Assembly: GCA_040954595.2 (NCBI GenBank)
Contig: JBECUI020000035.1
Coordinates: 62,001-126,000 of the forward strand
DNA: 64,000 nt
Direction: 5' to 3'
Origin: Balanoglossus misakiensis
Lineage: Eukaryota; Animalia; Hemichordata
Positions 51,161 through 64,000 of the stretch are shown here, in pieces. A model generated the notes under the pieces. The model made no database searches. It was not told where the DNA came from and worked only from the letters and a program-made list of their open reading frames with translations. Made by a program: the position numbers and the translations under genes. The number at the start of each line of letters is the position of its first letter. The first letter of the stretch is position 1.

Positions 51161-52799
51161 CGAGTACTACCACTTAGCAGTGGTTCAAGATGATCCTGTT
51201 GAAATTGTAAGTTTTTCTCTTATTTCTTTTTTGAACCTGGACCTGGTAATTAGCTTAGCTTGAGTAATATTGATTATTGGACCTGGTTTGATGTCTTATT
51301 ATAACAACTACAGAAGAATCTCTGGACACAGTGAAATACACTCCAGGGTTATGGTAATGACTGACAAATTGTCAGTTTAAAAAAGTAGACAAAGAACTCA
51401 GTTAAATATTATAATAAAAATATGCTTTTAATATAAGGAAAAGGTACAATTGATATACTTGTAATTAAAACATAAATATAATGATGAAATTCTTCAACTG
51501 TTCTGTAGTTGCACCAGTATTTGTATAAGCTAAAAATGTTGACTTCTGGCAGGACAACTCAAACAGATATTAAACTTATTTATAGTACTTCCACTTCATG
51601 ACTTTGTTCAAAAATTTCCCAAACTTATTTCATTGTTGATGAGTTGTCACCTCCGAACAACACAAAAAGGAACAGTTTGTATAAAAAAGTAATTTTGCAT
51701 GAATCTTAAACATACATGCACAAGTTGAGTGAATAACACAATATAATCATATTCTACAATGAATTACAATATCAAGATTAAGGGTTTCACATATGACATT
51801 ACATTGCTACATTTTATATACATGAATTTAATTTGAAAAATTTCCATTGATCTATAACACCATGAATAATATAAAAATATGCGAATAAATACTTTGAATT
51901 ATTATATATACATGTCAGGTCTCAAAGTGAGTAACTATATTTCCATTCACCTATGAACTGGTTATTAACCAAATGAAATGATAGGATCTTTTATTTTGAG
52001 GATCTTATAATTGTGATCATACACATCCATATTCCAAAATTCGCATGCCAAACAAATATCAGATTTATACGGCCAGTTGTAAAGACAGTACAAGGGGCAA
52101 AAAAATTGATAATAGTTAATCATCATCTCCCTTCTTTTACAGTCTTGGAGAATGGTGACGGTTGAAGTCAAATTAAAGAAAAATATCAAGAAAAATATCA
52201 AAATTTGAAGCACTAATTCAGGAGGATATATATCATCGGGAGGTAGTCACTGAATATATTGAGAGAAATAATTCATAATCTATGCATTTGGATGAAAAGA
52301 CCTTCTATCTGATCAAGTTAAGGATAAATGCTGCCTTGTATGAATACAGAAGCAAGTCAGCATGCAAAGGGAGAGCTGAATTGGTACACTGTTAAATTTG
52401 TCCTCCAAATTCAACAAAAATATGTTGTTGTTTAGGAATTCTCGTATTATCATATCTTTTTCATTACACAATACCTTATAATAAGTCATAACAAATTTTT
52501 AAGGAAAATTCTTTAAAATATGTAAAATATATAGCCTTATAACCAACATACTTTAAAGATGATTATTTATGATCATTTCATTCAGATGTTGCTAAGAGTG
52601 TAATAATAAAGATCTGTTTCACTCCAACCAATTTAATGTGCGCTTATCACAGTACTGTCGTCTGACAAAGCATAACTATTATTGTTATCATTTATGGGAT
52701 TATACCAAGCTTATCACAGTACTGTGTCAACTCACAAAATGAAAACCATTCTAGTTATCATTTGAATTATACCATACATGTACACACAGAGATGGCACA

Positions 52800-53064
52800 T
52801 TAGAAGTATCTGTCTCCGTGACTCTCATGAAATAGTTCATTTCTACTCTTAAGAGGCCTTGGTCTCCATTCCTCACTTCCACTGGCACTACCACTGTCGC
52901 CACTATACATGGGATTGTAGTGATAGATTTCTCTGAAGGCTTCCTCATCTTCCACACTTTTCCCTGCCTTGCTATCAACATCATCTGTATCATCAAACCA
53001 ATGGATATCCATAGTTGCCTCTTGTTCTTCCCAGCCTGGATGTTTCTTTCCTCCAAGAGCACAC
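52800..53064 (-). CDS. Terminal exon, cytoplasmic tail with YNPMY
   Basis: TTCAG|GTGT acceptor, phase 2; stop TAA at 52800-52802. Confidence 0.8.
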
Positions 53065-56000
53065 CTGAATGTCAAATAGTTGAACATCATCAATGTGGGA
53101 TTTGTTGTGATGTTTTACTACTGTAGAATAACGCAGGTGGTTGTTGGACACTTTGCGGTCTGGTCGCGTGACTTTGCCTTGTTAGCCGCCATGCATGTTG
53201 AACGCAAATTATACCATGATGCACTGCAGTTACCCTATACGCGAATAGGTCTATGCATGAACTCTTTGAATAAATTTGCTTCCACGATACAGATGTGATT
53301 ATTTTTCACGTTGCCTCATGCATGTATGGAAAGATACAGGTAAATTCCCAGTTTTCTGATGGGCAACATTTCTACAGCTGTCTCGATTCTACTCTGGTAG
53401 TACTAAATAACTTACCGTTGGTACATGAGTAACATTATTACACCAAGCACTAACACAGCCGCTAAACCTCCCGCAACACCACCAATGATGACAGCTGTGT
53501 CAACGGAGGAATCTGTAAGAGTTTAAATATTTCTATTTGTCACGGGGGCGATATGCTACGATAAAAGCAAGACAACCATTCATTATGATGCTTAACTATT
53601 GTAAAATGGTTAGTTGACCAAAAATCTAGTTATACTGCAGATGTTGCAGTTTCACCATTTTCACAAATATTTTCAAGACAACGTAAACTGTAATCATGTA
53701 GATCAAACAAATGTGTAAACTTTAGTGAATATTGTTTTTCAATCTTGAGTTATTAAAAGACAAAGAAATGTATACACACCTTTAACTTGCATTGGTATTC
53801 TCTGGCGGCAAGTTTCACCTTGATATTCATCAGTACATTCACAAACAGGATTGCCATCACTGTCCTTGATGCAAACAGCATTGTTTGAGCAGAACCCTTC
53901 ACATTTATCTAGACACAAGAATAAAATCACATCACATTATTCTACCTGACGAACCATTTGTATTAGACAAGAACTAAACCCACTTGCAGATTCATTTCTT
54001 ACAAACGGAATGGAAGTTGTGTGCTGTCGAACGTTGATTCACTATATATCCACATGTACCGGGTGAATAACATAAACAGTGTCTTGTATCAAACATAATT
54101 AATGGAAAAAGGGCAGCAAGAGAGATACTAAATCAACAGTAGTTTCTACGTTTTAGCTGTACATATTTCTGTTGACATTTCAGTTGTAGATAGTTACATA
54201 CCTGTACAAGTTATTCCATCACCAGTGAAACCAGTTTTGCAAGTGCATTGATATCCTGGTACAAGATTCCTGCAAGTGACATTTGGGTGACAGTCATCCA
54301 GACCAAGACGACATTCATGTGCATCTAGAAAACAAAAATTCTTGCAATGTCTTTAACTGACCACCAAATAAAACTATGGGATCTTCATACATATCACCAG
54401 TTAAAGGTATACGGTCACCTATGGAAAATTAGCTATAGTTACCATGGCAAAAGGAGATCTAGCCAATCACAGATTTTCAGTGGGTGGCACATGCAAAAAA
54501 GAGCGCCACCATATGTTCTTTAGAACTCTCATATACTCCATTTCAGCCATATATGGGCGTTTGTAAATTGGAGGTGACTGTATACCTTTAAGTTAGATGA
54601 CTACCCAGATGCAGTGCATGGTTATCACATTCCATAGCCTAACATGTAGAATTCTGAGAAAACAGTATTACAATATTGTTATTTCCGTGAAATTTTCAGA
54701 AAAGGTGTTAAAAGAGGAGCATTATTAAATTATATAAAAATATTGGATCACACAACATATCAAATGATACTCTAAATAAAGAAGAAAATTTCTTATAATG
54801 AAGTGTTTGTGTCAGATTGAACAGTTAAGGTTGATCTCCACAAGCACTTCATGCATGTTATCAGTTCTATGATTATGAAAAATTTATTCCTACCATCACA
54901 TTCTGTTTCATATAGGGCACCCTCTCTGCCTGTAGTGTAGCCAGTTGGGCATGGTTGACAAGCATCCTGGTTGAATTCAAAGTTATATGTTCCAACAGGG
55001 CATTTCTCACATCTATAGGACTCCTGATTCAAGTACCAACCAACATTGCAGTAAGCTGTTGATGGAATGGAAAAAGAGCATAGAATAAAATTGGAGGACT
55101 ATCATTATTTTGAACAACTGAGGCACAATAATACAACCTTCAGTTCAGTACAGTTGAGATACAACATGAAAAGTTGTATACATAATACTTACAAACATTA
55201 CAATCTTCACTTAAGGTTGAACCGACTGTTCTTGTGGTGAAGCCAAATGGGCACGGCATACAAGATGGCTGAAGTTCAGCATTTGATCGATAGGTTCCCA
55301 TGGGACACGACTCACAAGACCCATTGACAATAAGTTGGACTCCCACTGATTTACATACCTCTGTAATTGAGAAGATTAATTTTTTGATATTCACGATTAT
55401 CTGCTTTTCACTCACGTGAATTTGGTAAACTGTTGAATATGTTACATATCTGGCGGTTCTAAAGTAAAAACCTACTCGGAAAAAAGTTTACTGGATGCCG
55501 AAATATTGCTTGCCTGTCACTTACAAATGATAACGCCATGGGTACGTCACATGGCCAGATCATGTGATTGATAGTCAAGAATAGCAAATAACACAAGTAC
55601 CTACCCTGACATTGTGACTCATCAGTAGCTCCTTCAACTAATGTAAGCATTCCCTTTGGGCAAGTATTACACACAAACTTTCCTTCTTCTGATTGCCAGA
55701 ATCCAATGGGGCAGCTTTGGCACTGAGAAGTCCCGTTGTCAAAGTAGTGACCAACATCGCACCTCTCTGCAATAGACATCATTGTTGAAAAATTATTTTT
55801 TCAACCAAAGAGATGAACATTCCAATTGTCATTCTTTCCATATTGGATCACACCACAATAATTTGATATATACGTCACAATTGCCGGCAAGGGGTATGGG
55901 GTTTTATCGGGCCAGTGGCATGAGTGAGGCTAGACGCTAGTTTTGGAATACGGCTAGATACTAGGCTATGGCTGTGGACGAGGAGGAGATATTGCCTTCT

Positions 56001-59000
56001 GTTATACATACCAAAACACTGCAAGATGGATAATGATCTCTTTCCCCTGGTGACTCCATTATTTGGACAGGCATTGCATGCTGTTTGTCCTTCAAGGGGT
56101 TGATAATATCCAATTGCACAAGGATGGCACTGACTCAGCTCAGTGTCATGGTACGACCCTTCAGGACACAATACTGTGGAAATACAAAATGTTGAAGGCA
56201 GATGTATACATTGTTCATGTACTGATCATTATGCATTAATGGTTTAAAACACAACTACAATTGTAACACACAGCATTCATTTTGGCCAGTTTTTCACTCT
56301 TGTGTCTACAAGTGGGATTGCAGTTGTGTGTGGTTGAATGTTGATTCACTATATATCCACATGTAGAATAACATTAACTGTGTCTTCTATCAAACATAAT
56401 TAATGGAAAAAGGGCAGCGAGAAAGAGACTTTGTCCCTCCTTGGTATGAGCATATCAAATCAATTATTTCCTTATATCACCTCTTGGTTGGGTTGTATTT
56501 ACCACTCACACTTGTCTTTAATTTGTACACTGCGACTCACAACCACACTCGCAGCAATACGGCCCACCTAACAGGTCATATCAGGCGATATAAACATATT
56601 AACATCTACACCTTTTTATAATATTAATTTTGGACACAGTTTTAATCCTTTCACCACCATGGTTCAGTCCAAACCAATTGTTTTCTATGGTAAGGTTTGA
56701 CCTCTATAGAGGAAACTGGGAGTGAAAGGGTTAAAGTACATAACAACTGAGGAGTATAGGCACTCACCACATTCTTCTCCAACAAGAACACTACCATTGG
56801 AACAGAATATTGTACTTTCAACTTGTAATGTCTCAGCGTCGACCGAATATTCAGCTGTATCAAAAGGACCATTCTTGACTGCATCTTCAATAACTACAGC
56901 TGCAGCATCAGCAGAGCTAATGGATAAAACAACAGGCAAAAAATTCTTACATATGCCACATTACAATACCAACCAGAAGTGTGTACTGTAAACTGAATTG
57001 TTTTCACGACAGGAAATTTTCGCGATATTAAAAGAGGCGACTGTTACGTGAGGACGAATTTTCGAGTTCTCGTATTTCACTAACTGCATCATTATCTCCA
57101 AAAACATTTTACACAACTTTTTATTTTAACGTTTTTTTGACCAGCACATGTTTTGCAGAAATTTACTGCTCGCGAAAATAACACGTTTTGCAGTATATTT
57201 CGAATGCATGAATCTTTAGAATACAGGATGCCGCAACATGAAGGAAGGTGGGCAGAAATGATGGGGTTGCCAAAAACTGAAAATGTTTGAGTGTTAAGAC
57301 ACAAAATAATTTGTTTTCACTTGCATGAATGGAATATTTTGCAATAATGCAAACACCAGCTGTATAGGGAATACAGAGCTGGTCCTCACACAGCCTGGGA
57401 TCAGTACCCTAGACATGTCACCAAAGTCATTTCAATAGAACAGAAGGGGAATGAAATACTCGAAAAATAACAATTACTACTCACGCATTGGTTGTGAAAC
57501 TGAACTGAACCACAAGCTGAGTATCAGCCTGTCTCTTTCTTCGGTTTGAGGCGCCGCAGGTTATTTCAAGGTCATCAAAGTTGCATTCACCGCCACAAAT
57601 ACCAAACAAATCATTCAGATAGTTGATAGTGTTCATAAAACTGATCCTCAATTGCTGGATGACACCATTGTTACATGTACCAGCCTGTGAATTGTATGAC
57701 ACGCCACAATTCACTCCACGTTGAGTCTTCCCAGGAGCTGCAGTAGAACAATACAAACAAACAAATTTTGTTAAAGATGCAATTTTCAATCTAGCGAACG
57801 ATGTATTGACTTAGACTGCGAAACCGCTTAGCCAATCAGGAAAGTTACAGCTGCTTACCCAGAACAAAATATTAAGAAAATAGCTCAAATGTACTGGAGC
57901 TTTATATTGGGGTAAGCAGATATGATGTTAACAAATTATCTACCTGTAATCACAACCTTGACATACTGTAAAGCAAGAATTTGCATTACTCATATTTCTC
58001 TTTTCATTTATAACTAAAAGAAAATTGTCTCAATGCTGGAATACCCCCTCTCACAACTCTCTCTCTCTTTGGAGAATTTTCTGAATGTGCATGTGCAACC
58101 TGATTATATTTCTTTACTGATACCAAATCATTTTTTTCTCACCTGAACATCCAGGGAAGGTGAATTCCTCGTCTGGATTCTCAGGATTAAAAGATCCTTC
58201 ACTATGGCAGAGATAGTAAGGTGCTGGCAGGCTTGCAAACTTGTATCCTGGTAAACAATCCACCTGACAGGACACACCCGACTCAAACTCATTACAGATG
58301 GAAATACCTTTAACTGGTGGTGCTGGCTTTTCACAATCAAATGATGTAAAAGAAAGGAGAACACAGTTTATTTGTCTATATATATATTTTTAATTTTATT
58401 TCATCTATCATCCAACAGGCAAATACTACCCAAATGTCTGTGTCTCATATATCATCCAACAGGCAAATACTACCCAAATGTCCAGGTCTAGGTAACGAAC
58501 CCACAACCCTAGCCACTAAGGCACAATGCCTCTTTTACCAGGTTCACACAGGGTAAAATTTGAGACACTATTTGCCAGTGCTAACCACAGAGCATTAATC
58601 CTTTGAGTCATGTTGTGTCCACACACACAAAGTTTATGTATGGGCGCTGAGGCTCGGCCCCATAGACAATGGGTTGCGGAGAGGTGTTAATCCTTACACC
58701 GGCTCAGGTCTGGCTGGCAGAGCCGTCTAAAATCTGAGACGTTTCAGGACCACTTACACCGTCCACACATGTTTTTTTAAGACAGTATCAATTCTGAGAT
58801 GCTTCAGAACTGTCTTAATGGTGTATGTGTGACACCCATATTTATTACACAGTCAAATCTTTTAAACAGAACACCAACACATTAACATGTTTCTATGTAA
58901 AAGGGACTAGGAAAAGCTGTTGGTTGAAGAGAGGTTTCCCGATTAGACAGGGTTTGTTTTAGACGGGTTTGAGTGTCCTTGTATGTTCTGAATGATGTTG

Positions 59001-61895
59001 TTATAATTTTTGATAGTTACATAGGGACAAAAGTGATAATGATGCAATCATATTACTGTAAAACGGCAAATTTTCCCAAACTTCGGCAAAAAAGAAGAAG
59101 AAAATAAAGTCGCATAAAATGTTTTTCAGAGATAACAGAGTAGTTAGTAAAATACTAGAATGCGGAAATTTAATTCTCGTGTCACAGTTGCCTCTTTTGA
59201 TATATTGCAAAATATTTTCTGTCACGAAAATGTCCCGTTTTACAGTATGTGACAAGACATAACAAGGGGTAGAGATGACAATTTGTCAAGATATTAATTA
59301 ATTTGTAAAGTTTATGTATGAATGATAAAAAAATTCACTCACGCAGTACATAGAGTAAAAAGTTGCACTGTGTATTGTTGCCAGCTGTATCTGAAGCAAC
59401 ATAGCTGATCTGGTAGGTTCCCCAGGAAAAGGTGTCACCTGTAAGAACAAAATTATGCACATCATTACAGGCATGGGTGCTAAAGCCAAAATAGCTTCCG
59501 TTTCTTGAATGTTTTTCATGATTTTCTTTTCAAACTTAGAATGGTCCATTTAAGTGAGCTATCTGGTGGGTATACACAGGCATATTATCAACTCCTGATT
59601 GTGACTGTACATATAAACATGAACAAGATATGTATACTAAACAGATATGGTGCCGCACACGTTTATTCAACTGCCCATTGTAAGAGAACACAACATTTGT
59701 GGTATGGGTATCCCCAGTAGTAGTGGAGAATATTAAGTACTTTACTGATTAAAGGCCTTGCTCAACAGTTGGTCAAATCTTTTGTTTCCAATAAACAATT
59801 ACGTGCAAACACAAATGCTTTCGAGTTTTAACTTCATTGTACTGCCCTGGGATCGAGGAAAGGGCCTATAAACATATGGTAATAGTATCAGCAATTGAGG
59901 CTTTAATACTTGGAAGCAAGATCATCTGTCGCACATAGGATGTGCTAGCCATATATGAGTAACGGCCACAAGAATAAACTGTACCAGTATGCTTCATACT
60001 GACCATAATCTTAGGAAAGTTGTCTCAGCTTGTTGGTTTCTGTTTAGATCAACTCCCCACCCCACCCCGATAAAAAAAACTTAGTTAGTGTGAATGTTAT
60101 ATATTATCTATAATCAGAAATGATATTTTATAGGAAACTTACCCATTGTGTAGGTTTGTGTCACATTGGCAATGGCGACATAATCTTTAAATATAGGCTC
60201 CTGCCATACTCCTGTTGTCAAGCTATTAGGACTAATTATACGGGTCGTATTGGGACAGTAAATGACTTCAGGAGCGTGTTTATCTGAAGAAAAAAAAAAT
60301 GAAAGAATAACAAATGTTTGTAAATTAAACAACTGGTCCACACCCCCTATGCATACACTGGTACATTTAGGTAAATGCACTACTAGATGTTAATATCTGT
60401 CACATATTCATGAGAAATCCAGATATTGTTAAGTGCTTGTTTTCTGATACATGTGAATAGACTAGATCACTGTCAAGAAACACTACAAGATAGGACAGGA
60501 GTCATGAGATGGTATCCATGGGCATAATAACTGATATGATCAATTACACTCATGATAAGCCTAGTTCTTGGAACAGCAGAAACTGATGATGATGATGGTG
60601 ATGATGATGGTGGTGGTGGTGGTGGTGGTGATGATGATTATGATGATGATGATGGTGATGGTGGTTGTGAATAGTATCATTACATTCAGTGTTAAATACA
60701 TGTACGGTAGAAACAAAAAGAGTGAGCGATACAGGCATGGGCAGATGATGATTCCCTATACTTCCTAAAGTAGGGAGATTGCAGGCTGTGTGATTGGAGT
60801 ACAACACACAGCAGCTAGGGGCTGGTGAATGTACACAGGAAAAACTACTCAAAATTTCACACAGTTTTCCCTGGACAGACACAACATTACAAGGAGAGCT
60901 GTGTTAAAGTAAGGATTTAGGATTAATCAACTCTGTGAATATGACCCAATTTCTCCTCGTCAGATTATGCATAAAATTGTTTGATAGTAATGAATAAGGC
61001 TATTTACCAACAGGTGTGCATGGTGAACCAGAGTAACCAATTGGGCACCTGGTACTTCCACAAGCTGATGGCTGGATTTTGACCACACTACCCAATAACT
61101 CTTGATCCATTTCAACCCACATGACATGATTGCCAAGTGGACTTTGTGAACAGTTCAAAGCCAGACTCTGGATTTCAACAGGAGTCAATACATAATCGTA
61201 TACATTCATCTGTGTAACATCACCATGGAAGCTAAAATAGTTGTCAAGGAGTCCATTTTCGTCATAGCTTTGACCAAGAATTACCATACAGCTGTTGAAA
61301 AACAAGAGAATAATGAATTCATTAAAAGTGCTGGTAAGAAGTTGTCAAAAATAAACTGTGAAAATCAGTATCGTTCCGCATAAGTTTGAATTTGAAAGTG
61401 CCACGAAGATAGCTTTGCTGATGTCCATAGTTTGCTCCCTTGATTTTTTTGGCCAGTTTTGTTGTAAGTCGCAACATGTTATGATGATATTGTATTGTCA
61501 TGTAGGAGTAAGACAAGCTACCTAGCAGATAAGTTATAAACAAGATAACTGCTTCACAAATAAATGGTTCACTTCTCTTGAGGCTCGGGAAAACTTGACA
61601 GTATAGGAAAATATAGAATTTTAACATGTGATGATGACAATTTTCTATGGCTTTGTAGGAGTTAAAAATGTTCGGAGTTCCACTAGCAACTTACTTTTCT
61701 GAGTCATCGATACCTGTCCAGGATGGAAGGGGTGATGTTACTGCAACACCATTCAAGTAAACTGCCACAATGCCTTCTTCAATTACCATGACAACATTAT
61801 GCCACGAGTTGTCATCTACTGATACGGTTACACCATTTGTACTGACAGATAGACTTCTGTCCAGGACAAGAAGGGTACTATCAACTTGGGTTAAG
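52800..61895 (-). CDS. 3' part of a SVEP1/uninflatable-like type I membrane protein (pentraxin, HYR, sushi, furin site, GCC2/3 repeats, EGF_CA, EGF, TM, NPxY tail); 15 exons, 5' end outside window
   Basis: Phase-compatible GT-AG exons traced by hand (one acceptor reads AT); domain-typical cysteine patterns. Confidence 0.9.
53416..53512 (-). CDS. Transmembrane exon
   Basis: DSSVDTAVIIGGVAGGLAAVLVLGVIMLLMYQR; TACAG| and |GTAAGT. Confidence 0.88.
53780..53908 (-). CDS. EGF exon
   Basis: DKCEGFCSNNAVC..PVCECTDEYQGETC; phase 1-1. Confidence 0.88.
54202..54324 (-). CDS. Calcium-binding EGF exon
   Basis: DAHECRLGLDDCHPNVTCRNLVPGYQCTCKTGFTGDGITC; phase 1-1. Confidence 0.9.
54894..55055 (-). CDS. 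GCC2/GCC3 (ephrin-receptor-like) repeat exon
   Basis: CEKCPVGTYNFEFNQDACQPCPTGYTT..GA....C; 162 nt. Confidence 0.9.
55193..55360 (-). CDS. GCC2/GCC3 repeat exon
   Basis: CESCPMGTYRS..CMPCPFGFTT..GS..SEDC; 168 nt. Confidence 0.9.
55605..55766 (-). CDS. GCC2/GCC3 repeat exon
   Basis: CDVGHYFD..CQSCPIGFWQSEEGKFVCNTCP; 162 nt. Confidence 0.9.
56012..56173 (-). CDS. GCC2/GCC3 repeat exon
   Basis: CPEGSYHD..CHPCAIGYYQPLEGQTACNACP; 162 nt. Confidence 0.9.
56768..56916 (-). CDS. Linker exon ending in CSNGSVLVGEEC
   Basis: CATTAG| phase 2, |GTGAGT phase 1. Confidence 0.82.
56985..57195. mobile_element. TA-flanked CTGTAAA...CAG MITE (Tc1/mariner-pogo type); second copy at 59054-59247
   Basis: TACTGTAAA ... 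TTTTGCAGTA here and TACTGTAAAACGG ... CCGTTTTACAGTA in the second copy. Confidence 0.6.
57485..57737 (-). CDS. Exon containing furin-type site RRKR
   Basis: CGGECNFDDLEITCGASNRRKRQ; CTGCAG| and |GTGAGT. Confidence 0.85.
58143..58343 (-). CDS. Sushi/CCP exon (acceptor reads CAT instead of CAG)
   Basis: FDCEKPAPPVKGISIC..CQVDCLPGYKF..YLC..FPGCS. Confidence 0.8.
59343..59438 (-). CDS. HYR domain second-half exon
   Basis: GDTFSWGTYQISYVASDTAGNNTQCNFLLYV. Confidence 0.88.
60143..60283 (-). CDS. HYR domain first-half exon
   Basis: DKHAPEVIYCP..WQEPIFKDYV. Confidence 0.88.
60583..60665. repeat. (GAT/GGT)n intronic trinucleotide repeat
   Basis: Directly visible. Confidence 0.9.
61008..61291 (-). 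CDS. Pentraxin C-terminal half plus short EGF-like exon
   Basis: VILGQ..FHGDVTQMNVYDYVLTPVEIQSLALNC..GNHVMW..CPIGYSGSPC. Confidence 0.9.
61695..61895 (-). CDS. Pentraxin/LamG central exon
   Basis: VDDNSWHNVVMVIEEGIVAVYLNG; phase 2-2. Confidence 0.85.
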
Positions 61896-62134
61896 CTGCC
61901 AAGAAATTCAAAACAGAGATTAGACATAAATCGGTGCATCAGCTGGTACTTTTGGGAAATTATGACACTTTTTTTCAAACTGCACCACCTTTAGCCCATA
62001 CAGAAGTATGCACTGAACTATCTACAAGTATTATGAACCCTAAGTATGAGTGCATATGCAAGTTTAAACCAGACAAATAATAAATATTCGCCGCAAAGGA
62101 ATATGGTCGCCACCGTGAGAAAATGCAAAATACA

Positions 62135-64000
62135 ATTAAAGTTGCAAGCAGCGTTGGCGGGGCACAAGCGGTTCCCATGGTAACAAGCAAATGCCAAGGC
62201 TGTATCTGCTGTGGATACCAAGATATTGGAAAGTAGGTCAAAGGTCACCAGAGGTCACCCCAAATTTGGGCAAAAAAATCGGACCCCATACTAGTCTAGG
62301 TCCAACAAAAACCAAACACCTAGCTCTATTGGTTCGCCTAGAATTAGGTATGCGCATAATTAATGAGGTCTTGTGTAAGACTCCATATCTGCTCCATCGG
62401 CCCTCCAAAAGTCAGGACTCTAACTGCTGTGGATGCTGAGATATGGGAAATTAGATCAAAGGTCATCCAAGGTCACCCAAAATTTGGGCATAAAATGTTG
62501 ACCCCAGAGTGGGCCATGTCCAACTAAAACCAGACCTCTAGCCCTATTGGTTAGCCTGGAATTAGATATGCAGAAAAATGATGTTTTAGAAATAGGTCAA
62601 GGGTCATTGCCAAAATTACCAAAATAGTTGTGTCATGTCCTGGCAGCATTGGTACCCATGTCCACAAAATTCATGACTGTGGTGCTTTTACAAGAGGAGG
62701 TATGGGGATATGCATATATAATTAGTTGTTTTAAAACTGGGTCAAAGGTCATGTCAAAATTGCCCCGAAAAATTGTAACAACTTCCGGTCATATGATGAC
62801 TCATATCCAAAAAAAGAATTTACGTGCTGTCAACATTTTGGCTACAAAGCAGAATTTTCATTTTTCAATGGTTTTCAGAAAATCCTACATGGCCGCCATA
62901 ATGATCGACCAATCACAGTGCGCTTCGCAAACTTGATAAAAATAGGTTAGGTGACCACATACCCCGAATCCTGTGACTCGGCAATCGCTGGTTCTGGAGA
63001 AGAAGATTTTTAAAGTTTTAAGTAGTTTTTCAGAAAAACAATTGTAGCAAAAAAACTTTATGTGTGACGTCATGATTTCAATGGGGTAAAATGATGGACA
63101 GAAGGTAGGCTACCTGCACACCAAATTTGAACTCGATCGGCCCAGTAGTTTTTGAGAAGGACTCGTTTAACGATTGTCAGGAAATGCAATATGGCCGCCA
63201 GGTCACGTGACTAATTAAATATTCACGAGCCACTGCACGTCTACTCATTGGCCCCTATCACCCTACCAAGTTTCAGCCCCCAAGGTGCAGCGGTTTTCCA
63301 GATCTACCTGGCCGAATTTCTCGGAAGAAGAAGAAGAAGAAGAAGAATTAAAGCTGCAAGCAGCGTTGGGGGGGCACAAGCGGTTCCCATGGTGACCAGC
63401 AAATTCCACGGCTGTATCTGCTGGGGATACCGAGACATGGGAAAGTAGGTCAAAGGTCACCTGAGGTCACCCCAAATTTGGGCAAAAAAATTGGACCCCA
63501 TACTAGTCTAGATCCAACAAAAAACCAGACCCCTAGCCCTATTGGTTCGCCTGCAATTAGGTATGCACATAATTAATGAGGTCTTGTGTAAGACTCCATT
63601 ATGTGCTCAATACCCATAACAGCCAGGGCTCTAACTGCTCTGGATGCTGAGATATGGGAAAGTAGATCAAAGGTCACCCAAGGTCACCCAAAATTAGGGC
63701 ATAAAATTTTGACCCCAGACTGGGCCATGTCCAACCAATACCAGACCTCTAGCCCTATTGGGTAGCATGGAATTAGATATGCAGAAATAGGTCAAAGGTC
63801 ATTGCCAAAATTACCAAAATATTTATGTCATGTCCTGGCAGCATTGGTACCCATGTCCACAAAATTCATGAATGTGGTGCTTTTACAAGAGGAGGTATGG
63901 GGAATATGCATATATAATTAGTTCTTTTAAAACTGGGTCAAAGGTCATGTGAAAATTGCCACGAAAAATTGTGACAACTTCCGGTCATATGATGACTCAT
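62135..64000 (+). repeat. Tandem ~1.2-kb non-autonomous element copies (62135-63346 and 63347-end) with internal GGTCAAAGGTCA subrepeats and a (GAA)n end
   Basis: ATTAAAG(T/C)TGCAAGCAGCGTTGG starts at 62135 and 63347; subrepeats resemble 22800-23900 and 39680-40700. Confidence 0.8.

Noticed and set aside
60550-60882. Poly-His ORF
   Set aside because: Translation of an intronic (GAT/GGT)n microsatellite

Overview
AT-rich eukaryotic genomic DNA with spliceosomal introns and many transposons. It looks like a marine invertebrate (inference). Main contents: (1) a ~308-bp tandem repeat interrupted by a 5'-truncated CR1/L2-type LINE, itself interrupted by a near-intact LTR retrotransposon (1369-7198) with non-canonical CG...CG ends, a 3-bp target duplication and a tRNA-Leu primer site (Troyka-type); (2) an intron-containing OB-fold/RPA-like gene fragment with direct and inverted pseudo-copies, abutting a frameshifted GC-rich ORF (~10.9-14.6 kb); (3) a ~28-kb palindrome with ~10-11 kb arms (~16.2-27.4 kb and ~34.4-44.5 kb), whose arms are themselves fold-back structures, carry arm-specific insertions and share a highly conserved core with two copies of a predicted RNA structure; the 7-kb spacer holds remnants of a secreted pentraxin-domain gene; (4) an 86/82-bp satellite starting at the palindrome's right edge; (5) the last 15 coding exons of a minus-strand type I membrane protein (pentraxin-HYR-sushi-furin site-GCC2/3 repeats-EGF-TM-NPxY; SVEP1/uninflatable-like) whose 5' end lies beyond the window. 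All alignments and identity levels were judged by eye.
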